DNA from: Pseudomonadota bacterium
GTDB lineage: Archaea > Thermoplasmatota > SW-10-69-26 > JACQPN01 > JAJPHT01
Assembly (NCBI GenBank): GCA_021325135.1
Contig: JAJPHT010000050.1
Coordinates: 1-40,410 of the forward strand
DNA length: 40,410 nt
Direction of reading: 5' to 3'
The translations under genes and the position numbers were made by a program. Positions 1-7,984 of the stretch are shown here, piece after piece; position 1 is the first letter of the stretch; each line of letters starts with the position of its first letter. The notes under the pieces were generated by a model. It saw only the letters and a list, made by a program, of their open reading frames with translations, made no database searches and was not told the DNA's origin.

Positions 1-200
1 CCTCTGGTCCATCAGTTGTCTGACAAGGCAATGCTGAGCAGCTACGCCGCAATCGATAACGGCTGAAAGCATCTAAGCCGGAAACGAACCCCAAGACGAG
101 GCAGTTGACTTCCCATAGAAGATGGGGTTGATAGGACGGGGATGTAAGCACCAAGCTTCGGCGAGGTGTTCAGTCCGCCGTTACTAATCGGTCGTTGTCG
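1..200 (+). rRNA. rrl: 23S rRNA, 3' end (partial)
   Basis: Conserved LSU 3' motifs GCTGAAAGCATCTAAG and GTTGATAGG...GATGTAAG...TACTAAT; 3' boundary approximate. Confidence 0.95.
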
Positions 201-363
201 TCGAAACGTGTAACTCAACCCTCAAACAGGTTGCGTGTGTGGACGCGAGCCCGCAAGGGCAAGCGGCCGCGTATGGCCGTCGGATCGCAATCCGGCGAGC
301 ATATGCGGATTCACATGCAGGTACGCTGAGCGTATTCTGCCTTCCCAGGAAAAGGGAAGGTGG

Positions 364-485
364 TTTGACGGCCATAGCGGCGGGGTTCACCCGGTCCCAT
401 TCCGAACCCGGCAGTTAAGCCCGCCCGCGTATTCGTCGTGTACTGGAGTGGGAGACCCTCCGGGAAAGCGAGTACGCTGTCACCC
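364..485 (+). rRNA. rrf: 5S rRNA
   Basis: GGCCATAGCGG...CCCATTCCGAAC...GTTAAGC...TACTGGAGTGGGAGACC...CTCCGGGAAA...CGCTGTC; flanked by complementary GGGAAGGTGG/CCACCTTCCC; ends approximate. Confidence 0.95.
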
Positions 486-591
486 ACCTTCCCCTTCCAC
501 TTCCATTCTCTTCTGCTCCAGCGGAGCGGCTTCTTCACGGGCCGTGCGGCCCGGCAAAACGTTGAATCGCGCCCTTTCCATGCGGGTGCCC

Positions 592-1065
592 ATGCCTGAG
601 CTGCGCGAGGGCGATCGCGCGCCCGACTTCACGCTGCCCGACGACGCGGGGCGTCCGGTGAGGCTCTCCGACTTCCGGGGGCAGCCTGTGGTGATCTACT
701 TCTATCCCGAGGACGACACGCCGGCCTGCACGGTGCAGGCGTGCGGGTTCCGCGACGAGATCGCGCGCTTCGAGGAGCTCGACGCGGTGGTGATCGGCGT
801 GAGCCCGGACCCTGTGGAGGCCCACCAGCGCTTCCGCGCGAAGCACCGGCTTCCGTTCATCCTGCTCTCGGACCCCGAGAAGAAGGTCATCGCGAAGTAC
901 GGCGCGTGGGGCGAGAAGAGCATGTACGGCCAGACGTTCGTGGGCCTCATCCGCAGCACCATCGTCGTCACGCCCGAGGGGCGCGTGGGCGGGATCTTCC
1001 GCAACGTCCGCACCGAGGGGCACGCGGCGCGGATGGCGGAGGCCGTCCGGAAAATGACGCGATGA
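592..1065 (+). CDS. bcp: Peroxiredoxin Bcp/PrxQ
   Basis: GDRAPDFTL, YFYPEDDTPACTVQACGFRD (CxxxxC); ATG 592 lies ~25 nt after a promoter-like AAAACGTTGAAT. Confidence 0.93.
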   Translation: MPELREGDRAPDFTLPDDAGRPVRLSDFRGQPVVIYFYPEDDTPACTVQACGFRDEIARFEELDAVVIGVSPDPVEAHQRFRAKHRLPFILLSDPEKKVIAKYGAWGEKSMYGQTFVGLIRSTIVVTPEGRVGGIFRNVRTEGHAARMAEAVRKMTR

Positions 1066-1073
1066 AGGCGCCC

Positions 1074-1097
1074 GGGGGCTTCGCCCCTCGAACTCCC
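1074..1097 (-). repeat. Short GNA-triloop hairpin GGGAGTTCGAGGGGC-GAA-GCCCCC between convergent genes
   Basis: Palindrome seen directly; similar motifs at 12316, 12411 and 16494. Confidence 0.6.
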
Positions 1098-1098
1098 G

Positions 1099-1545
1099 TT
1101 AGGTTCGCATCCCCATGATGAACGCGTGCGCGCCCTGGAGGATGCGCCGTGGCCCCTCGAAGCTGACGCGCGCGAGCGCCTGCGGGTAGGGGAGCCACGC
1201 GAAGCCGGAGTGCTCGTGGCTGATCTTGACCTCGCGCGTCTGCGCCTCGATGAGGTAGAAGCGGACGTCCTTCTCGACCAGGGTGTGGCCGCGGCGGAAG
1301 CGGTAGTCGGTGTCGTCCTCGAAGCCGGCCAGGAGCCGCTGCGCCCCGATGGGGATGCCTGTCTCCTCGGCGACCTCGCGCTGCGCGGCCTGCACGTCGG
1401 TCTCGCCCGCCTCGACGTGCCCCTTGGGGAAGCCCCAGTTGCCGCCTCCGTAGCGGAGGAGCAGGTACTCGGGCCCCTCGAGCGTCGTGGCGTACACGAC
1501 GGCGCCCGCGGAGCGCTCCTTGACCCGCTTCCTGGGTGGCGACAT
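1099..1545 (-). CDS. NUDIX hydrolase, Ap4A-hydrolase-like
   Basis: WGFPKGHVEAGETDVQAAQREVAEETG Nudix box; SAGAVV and SHEH motifs. Confidence 0.9.
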   Translation of the reverse strand: MSPPRKRVKERSAGAVVYATTLEGPEYLLLRYGGGNWGFPKGHVEAGETDVQAAQREVAEETGIPIGAQRLLAGFEDDTDYRFRRGHTLVEKDVRFYLIEAQTREVKISHEHSGFAWLPYPQALARVSFEGPRRILQGAHAFIMGMRT

Positions 1546-1636
1546 GGGTCTGACCCAAAGTCATGGGGGCGACCCTACAAAACCCATTTGATCCGGGTCC
1601 CGGGGGCGCCGCGCGCCCCCGGAGGAAGAGATCGGA

Positions 1637-2875
1637 TCAGTAGCCCTTCCACTTCAGCGCGCGGGCCACGCGGTCCACCGCGACGGCGTACGCGGCCGTG
1701 CGCATGTGGACGCCGTGCTTCTTGCTCGCGTCGTGCACGTCGTGGAAGCTCTTCACCATGCGCTCCTCGAGGCGCTCCTGCACGAGCTTGAGGCTCCACG
1801 GGTACTCCGTCTTGGCCTGGAGCTGCTCGAACCAGGAGACGGTGACGCCGCCCGCGTTGGCGAGGATGTCGGGGATGACGAACTTCCCGTTCTTGAACAG
1901 GATGTCGTCGGCCTCGGGGAGCGTGGGCCCGTTGGCGGCCTCGGCGACGATCTTCGCCTTGATCTTGGCCGCGTTGTCCTTGGTGATCTGCCCCTCCAGC
2001 GCGGCGGGGACGAGGAGCGTCACGTCCAGCGTGAGCAGGTCGTCGTTGGTGATCTCCTTGGCGCCGCCGAAGCCCGCGACCTTGCCGGTCTTCTCCTTGT
2101 GCTCGACGAGCTTCGCGACGTCGAAGCCGCTGGGGTTGTAGATGGCGCCGTGCGAGTCGCTGACCGCCACGACCTTGCTGCCAGGCAGGAACTCGTTCGC
2201 GAGCACGGCGACGAAGCTCCCCGCGTTGCCGAAGCCCTGGATCGCGATGGTCGCCCCGTTGGTCGGGATGCCCTTCGCCTTGAACGCCTCGCGCGTCGCG
2301 ATCATGCAGCCGCGCGCGGTGGCCGTGTCGCGGCCCAGCGAGCCGCCGATCTCCACGGGCTTGCCGGTGATGACGCCGGGCTCCTGGTGGCCCACCTGGC
2401 GGTTGTACTCGTCGAGGAACCACGCCATGGTCTGCGAGTTCGTGTAGACGTCGGGCGCGGGCACGTCGGTTTCCGGGCCCACGACGAGGCTGATGGCCCG
2501 CGCGTAGCCGCGCGTCAAGCGCTCCAGCTCGCCCTGGCTCATGCTCTTGGGATCGCAGATGATGCCGCCCTTGCCGCCGCCCAGGGGCAGGTCCATGACG
2601 GCCGTCTTCCACGTCATCCACGCCGAGAGCGCGATGACCTCGTCCTCGCTCACCTGCGGGTGATAGCGGATGCCTCCCTTGTAGGGCCCGCGCGCGTCCT
2701 GGTACTGCGAGCGGAAGCCCTGGAACACCTTGATCTCGCCGTTGTCCATGCGGACGGGGATCGAGACCTTCAGCACGCGCTTGGGGCTCTTCAGCACGGC
2801 CCGCGCGCCGGCGTCGAGCCGGATCACGTCGGCGGCGATGTCGAACTGCTTGTTGGCGACTTCGCGGGGATTCAT
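1637..2875 (-). CDS. gdhA: Glutamate dehydrogenase (Glu/Leu/Phe/Val family)
   Basis: GPYKGGIRY, LPLGGGKGG, DVPAPD, QGFGNAG, PDILANAGGVTVS. Confidence 0.95.
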   Translation of the reverse strand: MNPREVANKQFDIAADVIRLDAGARAVLKSPKRVLKVSIPVRMDNGEIKVFQGFRSQYQDARGPYKGGIRYHPQVSEDEVIALSAWMTWKTAVMDLPLGGGKGGIICDPKSMSQGELERLTRGYARAISLVVGPETDVPAPDVYTNSQTMAWFLDEYNRQVGHQEPGVITGKPVEIGGSLGRDTATARGCMIATREAFKAKGIPTNGATIAIQGFGNAGSFVAVLANEFLPGSKVVAVSDSHGAIYNPSGFDVAKLVEHKEKTGKVAGFGGAKEITNDDLLTLDVTLLVPAALEGQITKDNAAKIKAKIVAEAANGPTLPEADDILFKNGKFVIPDILANAGGVTVSWFEQLQAKTEYPWSLKLVQERLEERMVKSFHDVHDASKKHGVHMRTAAYAVAVDRVARALKWKGY

Positions 2876-3026
2876 GGTCAAGGTGCTACTCTCCCTATCC
2901 TGGGGTGGCTCGGCATGGCCAGCGACGGGCTTAATGCTGCTGCCTTCCGCCCTCGCGGAGCGACCGCGACGGGGGCCCACGAAACGTTGAAGAAGGGCTG
3001 GCGGGGTGCAGGCGGCGGTAGGCGCC

Positions 3027-3338
3027 ATGTCCCCGGACGGCCACGAGCAGGATCTTTCCCAATATTATGCTCAGCGCAACGTGGAGGCCATCATCCTCCT
3101 CAAGGTGGACACGCAGCGCGCCGACGAGATCGCCAACCACCTCACGCGCCTCCCCGAGATCCGCCACTCCTACCTGGTGACCGGCGAGGACGACATCGTC
3201 ATCAAGGCGCAGTTCGGCTCCTACAAGGACCTGAAGAACTTCATCATCAAGACCCTCGCGCCCCTGGAGGGCATCATCGACACCAAGACGATGATGGTCG
3301 TCACGACGTACAAGGAGAACGGGAAGATCATCGAATAG
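3027..3338 (+). CDS. Stand-alone Lrp/AsnC ligand-binding (RAM) domain protein
   Basis: YLVTGEDDIVIK and EGIIDTKTMMV; no HTH; divergent from gdhA. Confidence 0.85.
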   Translation: MSPDGHEQDLSQYYAQRNVEAIILLKVDTQRADEIANHLTRLPEIRHSYLVTGEDDIVIKAQFGSYKDLKNFIIKTLAPLEGIIDTKTMMVVTTYKENGKIIE

Positions 3339-3404
3339 GCAAAACCTCGCTGCGCTCGGTTTTGCCTTCACGTCGCTGCTGTTTGTCTCTTTTTCTTGCA
3401 GCGG
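3337..3404 (+). terminator. Hairpin AGGCAAAACC...GGTTTTGCCT followed by T-rich tract
   Basis: Inverted repeat 3337-3367 then GTTTGTCTCTTTTTCTT directly after the Lrp stop codon. Confidence 0.5.
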
Positions 3405-3430
3405 TGGCTGGGGGTCCTTCGGACCCCCGG

Positions 3431-3583
3431 CGACCGCGGATTCCGATCAGAATTGCCCTTAGGGGGCGCTCCGCGAGGCGCTTCGCGCCTCGCTCCGGCC
3501 CCCTACAAGGAATCCGGACAATTCTGATCGGACTCCGCGGTCGGTGATGGGCCTCTGCTGGCGCTCGCGATGGGTGGGGCCTT
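3431..3583. repeat. Dispersed palindromic element, copy 1 (REP/MITE-like)
   Basis: 25-bp outer inverted repeat (3431-3455/3519-3543) with nested stems; inverted second copy at 40268-40410. Confidence 0.9.
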
Positions 3584-3695
3584 CCCTCGACGACCGCCGC
3601 CGGGGGTCACGTGTGGCGGACGAACGCGGGAGGCGTCGTCGTGGAACGACGAACGGGCGAGGAGGTTCTTCTCCCCGGAAGGCCAAGGAGGGGCG

Positions 3696-4196
3696 ATGGG
3701 ACCTTCGGCGGAGCCTCCTGGGAAGGCCCCTCCCGAGGCCGTCCACGCCGAGAAGGTCGTGAGCGACGTCGCGCAGGCGACGCCCGCGGAGAAGAAGGCG
3801 CTCGCCATCGACCACAAGCTCGTCATGAGCGAGGTCCAGCTCCTGCTCGCCGAGAAGCGGACGGCGTTCGCCTTGCTGCGCACCGGCGTCACGGTCGCGC
3901 TGGTGCCGCTCTCCCTGTGGACGGTGCTCGTCGCCACGAGCAGGCTCTACAACGTCCTCGACGTGATGTGGCTCCTCGTGCCGCTCATGGCGATCGCCGT
4001 CGCGCTCTTCGCGCTGGGGCTCTACCTGGTCGTCCACGCGCTGCTGCACGTCCGCCACATCGAGAACGTCATGCTGGGCCTGCGGCAGACGGACACGCTT
4101 CTGGAGACGCTCCTCTTCCGCGAGGTGGGCGCCCGCTACCTGCCCAGCTTCCGCGTGCTGCGGCGCTTCCGGCGCGGGTCCAAAGGGGCCAGTTGA
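3696..4196 (+). CDS. DUF202-like membrane protein
   Basis: LLAEKRTAFALLRTG motif, two hydrophobic helices, AAGGAGGGG upstream of ATG. Confidence 0.7.
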   Translation: MGPSAEPPGKAPPEAVHAEKVVSDVAQATPAEKKALAIDHKLVMSEVQLLLAEKRTAFALLRTGVTVALVPLSLWTVLVATSRLYNVLDVMWLLVPLMAIAVALFALGLYLVVHALLHVRHIENVMLGLRQTDTLLETLLFREVGARYLPSFRVLRRFRRGSKGAS

Positions 4197-4236
4197 AACG
4201 TCGGCGGCGCTGCGGCGCGCGAGACGAGGCGGTTTT

Positions 4237-4446
4237 CTACGGCGCGCCGAACAGCCCCGTGTAGCTCAGCACGAGGACGAGGATTGCCACGGCCATGAGG
4301 CCGTACATGACGAGCATGCTGCGCTTGCGCTTCTTGGTGAGCTCGTCCATCTTCGCCTCGCACTCGGGACTGCACGTCTTGTCGCCGAACGCGACGGCGC
4401 GCGTGCAGATGACGCAGTGGCTGTGGTTGGGGATCTGGACCGTCAT
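4237..4446 (-). CDS. DUF2116-family Zn-ribbon membrane protein
   Basis: HSHCVIC...CSPEC, basic patch, C-terminal TM helix; follows pyrH. Confidence 0.85.
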   Translation of the reverse strand: MTVQIPNHSHCVICTRAVAFGDKTCSPECEAKMDELTKKRKRSMLVMYGLMAVAILVLVLSYTGLFGAP

Positions 4447-5139
4447 CTAGCGGCCTCCGGTGACGAGGGAGCCGTGGAAGTCCGTGCGCCCCAGGAGCGC
4501 GCCCTCCAGCGCCTTGAGGTCGCGCCCGTCGACGACCGCGCACTCGATGCCGCTGCGCGCGATCATCTTGGCGCCCAGCGCGTCGACGACGCCCGTGCCG
4601 CCCGCCTTCGCGTCGCCGCCGCCCGTGATGCGCACGAGGTCCTCGGCGGTGAGGCGCGGCAGGTGCTTCGCCGCGGGGTCCTTGCGCGGGTCCGCGCTGT
4701 AGACGCCGTCCACGTTGGTCGCGATGACGATGCGCTTCGCGCGCGCCGCGTCGCCCAGCATCACGGTCACGGCGTCGGTGGTGTGGCCCGGGTGCGTGCC
4801 GCCCATGACGACGATGGGGTAGCTCCGGGACGCCAGCAGCGCCTCGTCGAAGGAGAGGGGCGGCTTGGGGTACGCGTGCGGGAGCGAAGAGAGGAGCACG
4901 CGGGCGTTGATGCGCGTGACGGCGATGCCGATCTCGTCCAGGGTCGTCTCGGGCGCGCCCAGCGCGCGGGCGCCCTGGATGTAGGTGCGCGCGACGGCGC
5001 CGCCGCCCACGACCGCCAGCACGCGCCGCTGCGTGGAGACGCGCTCCAGGACGGCCGCGATCTCGCGGGTCAGGGCCACGTCCACGCCGTTCTCCTTCAC
5101 GAGGAACGAGCCGCCGAGGCTGACCGCCACCGCGTCCAT
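4447..5139 (-). CDS. pyrH: UMP kinase, archaeal type
   Basis: SLGGS, VVGGG..AR.YI, MGGTHPGHTTDAV, ATNVDGVYSADP. Confidence 0.95.
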   Translation of the reverse strand: MDAVAVSLGGSFLVKENGVDVALTREIAAVLERVSTQRRVLAVVGGGAVARTYIQGARALGAPETTLDEIGIAVTRINARVLLSSLPHAYPKPPLSFDEALLASRSYPIVVMGGTHPGHTTDAVTVMLGDAARAKRIVIATNVDGVYSADPRKDPAAKHLPRLTAEDLVRITGGGDAKAGGTGVVDALGAKMIARSGIECAVVDGRDLKALEGALLGRTDFHGSLVTGGR

Positions 5140-5234
5140 GGAGCGGGGCAGGAGGGGGCCTGTCTTGAGGTTTCCGGGCAGCTTCAGCCCGCCCTCCCGG
5201 AGCGTGCCTTGCTGGAGCGCGCCAAGCCGCCCCC

Positions 5235-5522
5235 GTGTCCCCCCTCGACCGTGCCGCCATCGGCATCCTGCTGGGCCTCCTGGAGCGTGACGAGATGCGC
5301 ATGCGCCAGATCGTGGCCGCCTCGGGCGCGCCGCACCGGCGGGCGCGGGAGGCGCGGGCGCGCCTGGAGGCCTTGGGCCTAGTGGGCACCGAGCATCGCG
5401 GGCAGGGGGCCGTCCGCATCGCCCGCGTGCGCCTCACGCCCCGGGGCCGCAGGGTCGCGCTCCTCCTCGCCCAGGCGCATCGCCTCCTGGCCGAAACGTT
5501 CTTATTGGGAGCCTGGCCCTGA
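5235..5522 (+). CDS. Small winged-helix (MarR-like) protein
   Basis: LEALGLV...VRLTPRGRRVA wing pattern; GTG start. Confidence 0.5.
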   Translation: MSPLDRAAIGILLGLLERDEMRMRQIVAASGAPHRRAREARARLEALGLVGTEHRGQGAVRIARVRLTPRGRRVALLLAQAHRLLAETFLLGAWP

Positions 5523-5635
5523 CCCCTTGTCATGGCCGGTCCGTGCTGCCTGGCATAGTCTTCTGGCCCCCTCGCGGGGCCCCCTGCCAGCCTGCCGACC
5601 GACCTCCCTTCCCCCTCCCTTCCGAGGAATCCACC

Positions 5636-6910
5636 ATGGCCGATGGCCGCCAAGATTCGCAATCCACCGATCGCGCGCGCTACGAGTTCAAGCGCAAGCT
5701 CGAGGAGCTTCGCAACATCAAGGGCAGCGCGACGCAGCTCATCTCGCTCTACATCCCGCCAGGCCGCCAGATCCACGAGGTCATGGCGCAGCTCCGCTCC
5801 GAATACTCGCAGGCCTCCAACATCAAGTCGAAGGCCACCATGAAGAACGTCACGGGCGCCCTGGAGAGCGCCATGTCGACGCTCAAGAACTTCAAGGACC
5901 CCGGCGACCACGGCATCATCATCTTCGTGGGCCACCGCGCCATCGGCGCCGAGAAGACGAAGATGTTCTCCCACGTCGTCGTGCCGCCCATGCCCATCTC
6001 GCTCTACAAGTACCACTGCGACAGCGCCTTCTTCCTGGAGCCGCTGGAGGGCATGCTCAAGGAGCACAACAACTACGGCCTCGTCGTGCTGGACCGCCAG
6101 GAGGCCACCATCGGCTTCCTGCGCGGGCAGGCCATCCAGGTCGTCACCAACATGCAGTCCATGGTGCCCAACAAGCACGCGAAGGGCGGCCAGTCGGCCC
6201 GCCGCTTCGAGCGCATCACCGAGGACATCGCGGACAAGTGGTTCTACAAGATCGGCGAGATCGCGACGGAGATCTTCAAGCCCGAGCTTGAGAAGGGCGA
6301 ATTGAAGGGCATCATCGTGGGCGGCCCGGGCCCCACCAAGGAGTACTGGCTGGAGAACCAGTACATGGACCACGAGCTGCACAAGCGCATCATCGGCCAG
6401 CCCGTGGACACGGGCTACACCGACGAGTACGGCCTGCGCGACCTCGTCGCCAACGCGGCGCCCCTCCTCCGGGACTTCGGCCTCATGGAGGAGAAGGACA
6501 TCATCAACCGCTTCATGCGCGAGATCGGCAAGACCGACGGCGGCCTCGCGGCGTACGGCGAGGCGCAGGTGCGCAACGCGCTCATCATCGGCGCGGTGGA
6601 CCAGCTCATCCTCTCCGAGAAGCTGCGCAAGGTGCGCCTCGTCATGAAGTGCGAGTCGTGCGGCTGGACCAAGGAGGAGACGACCGCCGAGGACCCGCTG
6701 GAGTTCGAGAAGCGCTACGGCAACTGCCCCTCGTGCGGCCAGCAGACCGTCGCCATCGACCAGGAGACGGACATCGTCGAGGAGCTTTCCGAGCTCGCCG
6801 AGAGCATGGCTTCCAAGGTGAAGATCATCTCGGGCAACTCCGACGAGGGCGAGCTGTTCTTCAAGGCGTTCGGCGGAATCGGCGCCATCCTCCGCTTCAG
6901 GGTCGCGTAA
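5636..6910 (+). CDS. prf1: Peptide chain release factor aRF1
   Basis: LISLYIPP, NIKS, YHCD, GGQS, FGGIGAILRF; CxxC...CxxC minidomain. Confidence 0.97.
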   Translation: MADGRQDSQSTDRARYEFKRKLEELRNIKGSATQLISLYIPPGRQIHEVMAQLRSEYSQASNIKSKATMKNVTGALESAMSTLKNFKDPGDHGIIIFVGHRAIGAEKTKMFSHVVVPPMPISLYKYHCDSAFFLEPLEGMLKEHNNYGLVVLDRQEATIGFLRGQAIQVVTNMQSMVPNKHAKGGQSARRFERITEDIADKWFYKIGEIATEIFKPELEKGELKGIIVGGPGPTKEYWLENQYMDHELHKRIIGQPVDTGYTDEYGLRDLVANAAPLLRDFGLMEEKDIINRFMREIGKTDGGLAAYGEAQVRNALIIGAVDQLILSEKLRKVRLVMKCESCGWTKEETTAEDPLEFEKRYGNCPSCGQQTVAIDQETDIVEELSELAESMASKVKIISGNSDEGELFFKAFGGIGAILRFRVA

Positions 6911-6997
6911 GCGACCCGGATCAAGGAGGATGGCGCGAGAGGCCGGGCCGCAGCCCGGCCGGATCGGCGCCATCCTCCGTTTCAGGGTCGCGTAAGC
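6878..6997 (+). repeat. Direct (35 bp, 1 mismatch) and inverted duplication of the aRF1 3' end
   Basis: ATCGGCGCCATCCTCCGYTTCAGGGTCGCGTAAGC at 6878-6912 and 6963-6997; partial reverse complement at 6911-6936. Confidence 0.9.
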
Positions 6998-7095
6998 CTC
7001 GGCTTGACCCGTGCACGCCAGGCGAACGAAGGCGCGTAGCCTCGCGGCTGTAGGCCCGCCAACGCGATGAGCGCGGCGTGGGCTGCGCTGTCCGC

Positions 7096-7368
7096 ATGAA
7101 GGCCGTTCTCGTCTCCCTGCTCCTCGTCGCGGTGCCCATGCTGGCCCTCGTCCAGCTCGCCAGCGCGTGCCCGGACCCGGACTTCGGCTGCGATCCCGTC
7201 CCTGGCATCCACCCCGGCCCGCTCCCGGTGCCCCACGTCACCCAGTGCACCGAGGTCACGGCGCCCGCCCAGTGCGGCTACAACCTCGTCTGCGTCGGCG
7301 TGGACGCCTCGGAGAGGTGCGTCCGCGACCCCTGCGGGCCCCCCACCGTCTGCACCCTCGACCCGTAG
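7096..7368 (+). CDS. Small secreted Cys-rich protein (8 Cys)
   Basis: MKAVLVSLLL...ASA signal peptide; GC3-rich codons. Confidence 0.7.
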   Translation: MKAVLVSLLLVAVPMLALVQLASACPDPDFGCDPVPGIHPGPLPVPHVTQCTEVTAPAQCGYNLVCVGVDASERCVRDPCGPPTVCTLDP

Positions 7369-7631
7369 GTGGCTTGAACCGGTGCCCAGGGGCGACGTCG
7401 CCCTGCCCAAAGGATGATGGCCCCTGCGCGCCGACACCTGGGGCATGGGAACCGATACCCATCGCCCCGGATCCTGGAAGGCCCACGACCCGTTCTCCAC
7501 GGGCCACGCGCACGACGACATGGCGCACGCAGCGGGCCCCGGCGTCCGCCCGGGCACGAGAAGCCGCCTCATGGAGGCGAGAGAAAGGATGGCGCGGCGC
7601 GGCAAGTAGTCGCGCGCCGCAAGATGCGTCT

Positions 7632-7877
7632 TCAGCCGCCGTAGGTCGAGTTGCCCGGCATGGCGGTGCTGTTCCCCGAGACCGTGCTGTTGTCGCTCGG
7701 GGTCATGTTCGTCTCACCGGTGGTGTTCGTCTCGTTGGTGGTGGGGGTGACGGTCACGTTCCCCTCCAGCTGGTTCCCGGTGGAATTGGTCGACTGCTGC
7801 GTGTTGCTCGTGCAGCCCGCGGCCACCACGGCGGCCAGGAGGCTCACGATGCCGAAGACGAAGAGAGTCTTGCGCAT
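7632..7877 (-). CDS. Small Thr/Asn/Ser-rich lipoprotein
   Basis: Lipobox AAGC; N-x-S/T sequons; promoter-like GGAACGCTCAAG upstream. Confidence 0.75.
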   Translation of the reverse strand: MRKTLFVFGIVSLLAAVVAAGCTSNTQQSTNSTGNQLEGNVTVTPTTNETNTTGETNMTPSDNSTVSGNSTAMPGNSTYGG

Positions 7878-7984
7878 CGAGCCCCCTGGGGCGCGCAACC
7901 AAGCTTGAGCGTTCCATGTCAACCGGCGAAGCGTGCCGCGGGGGGCGCGAAACGTTCTTCAACGGGGGCCCCGCTCGCCGCCCG

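Noticed and set aside
7369-7630. Possible small minus-strand gene with CPRC-like motif
   Set aside because: No coherent frame with start, stop and codon bias; at best a decayed remnant
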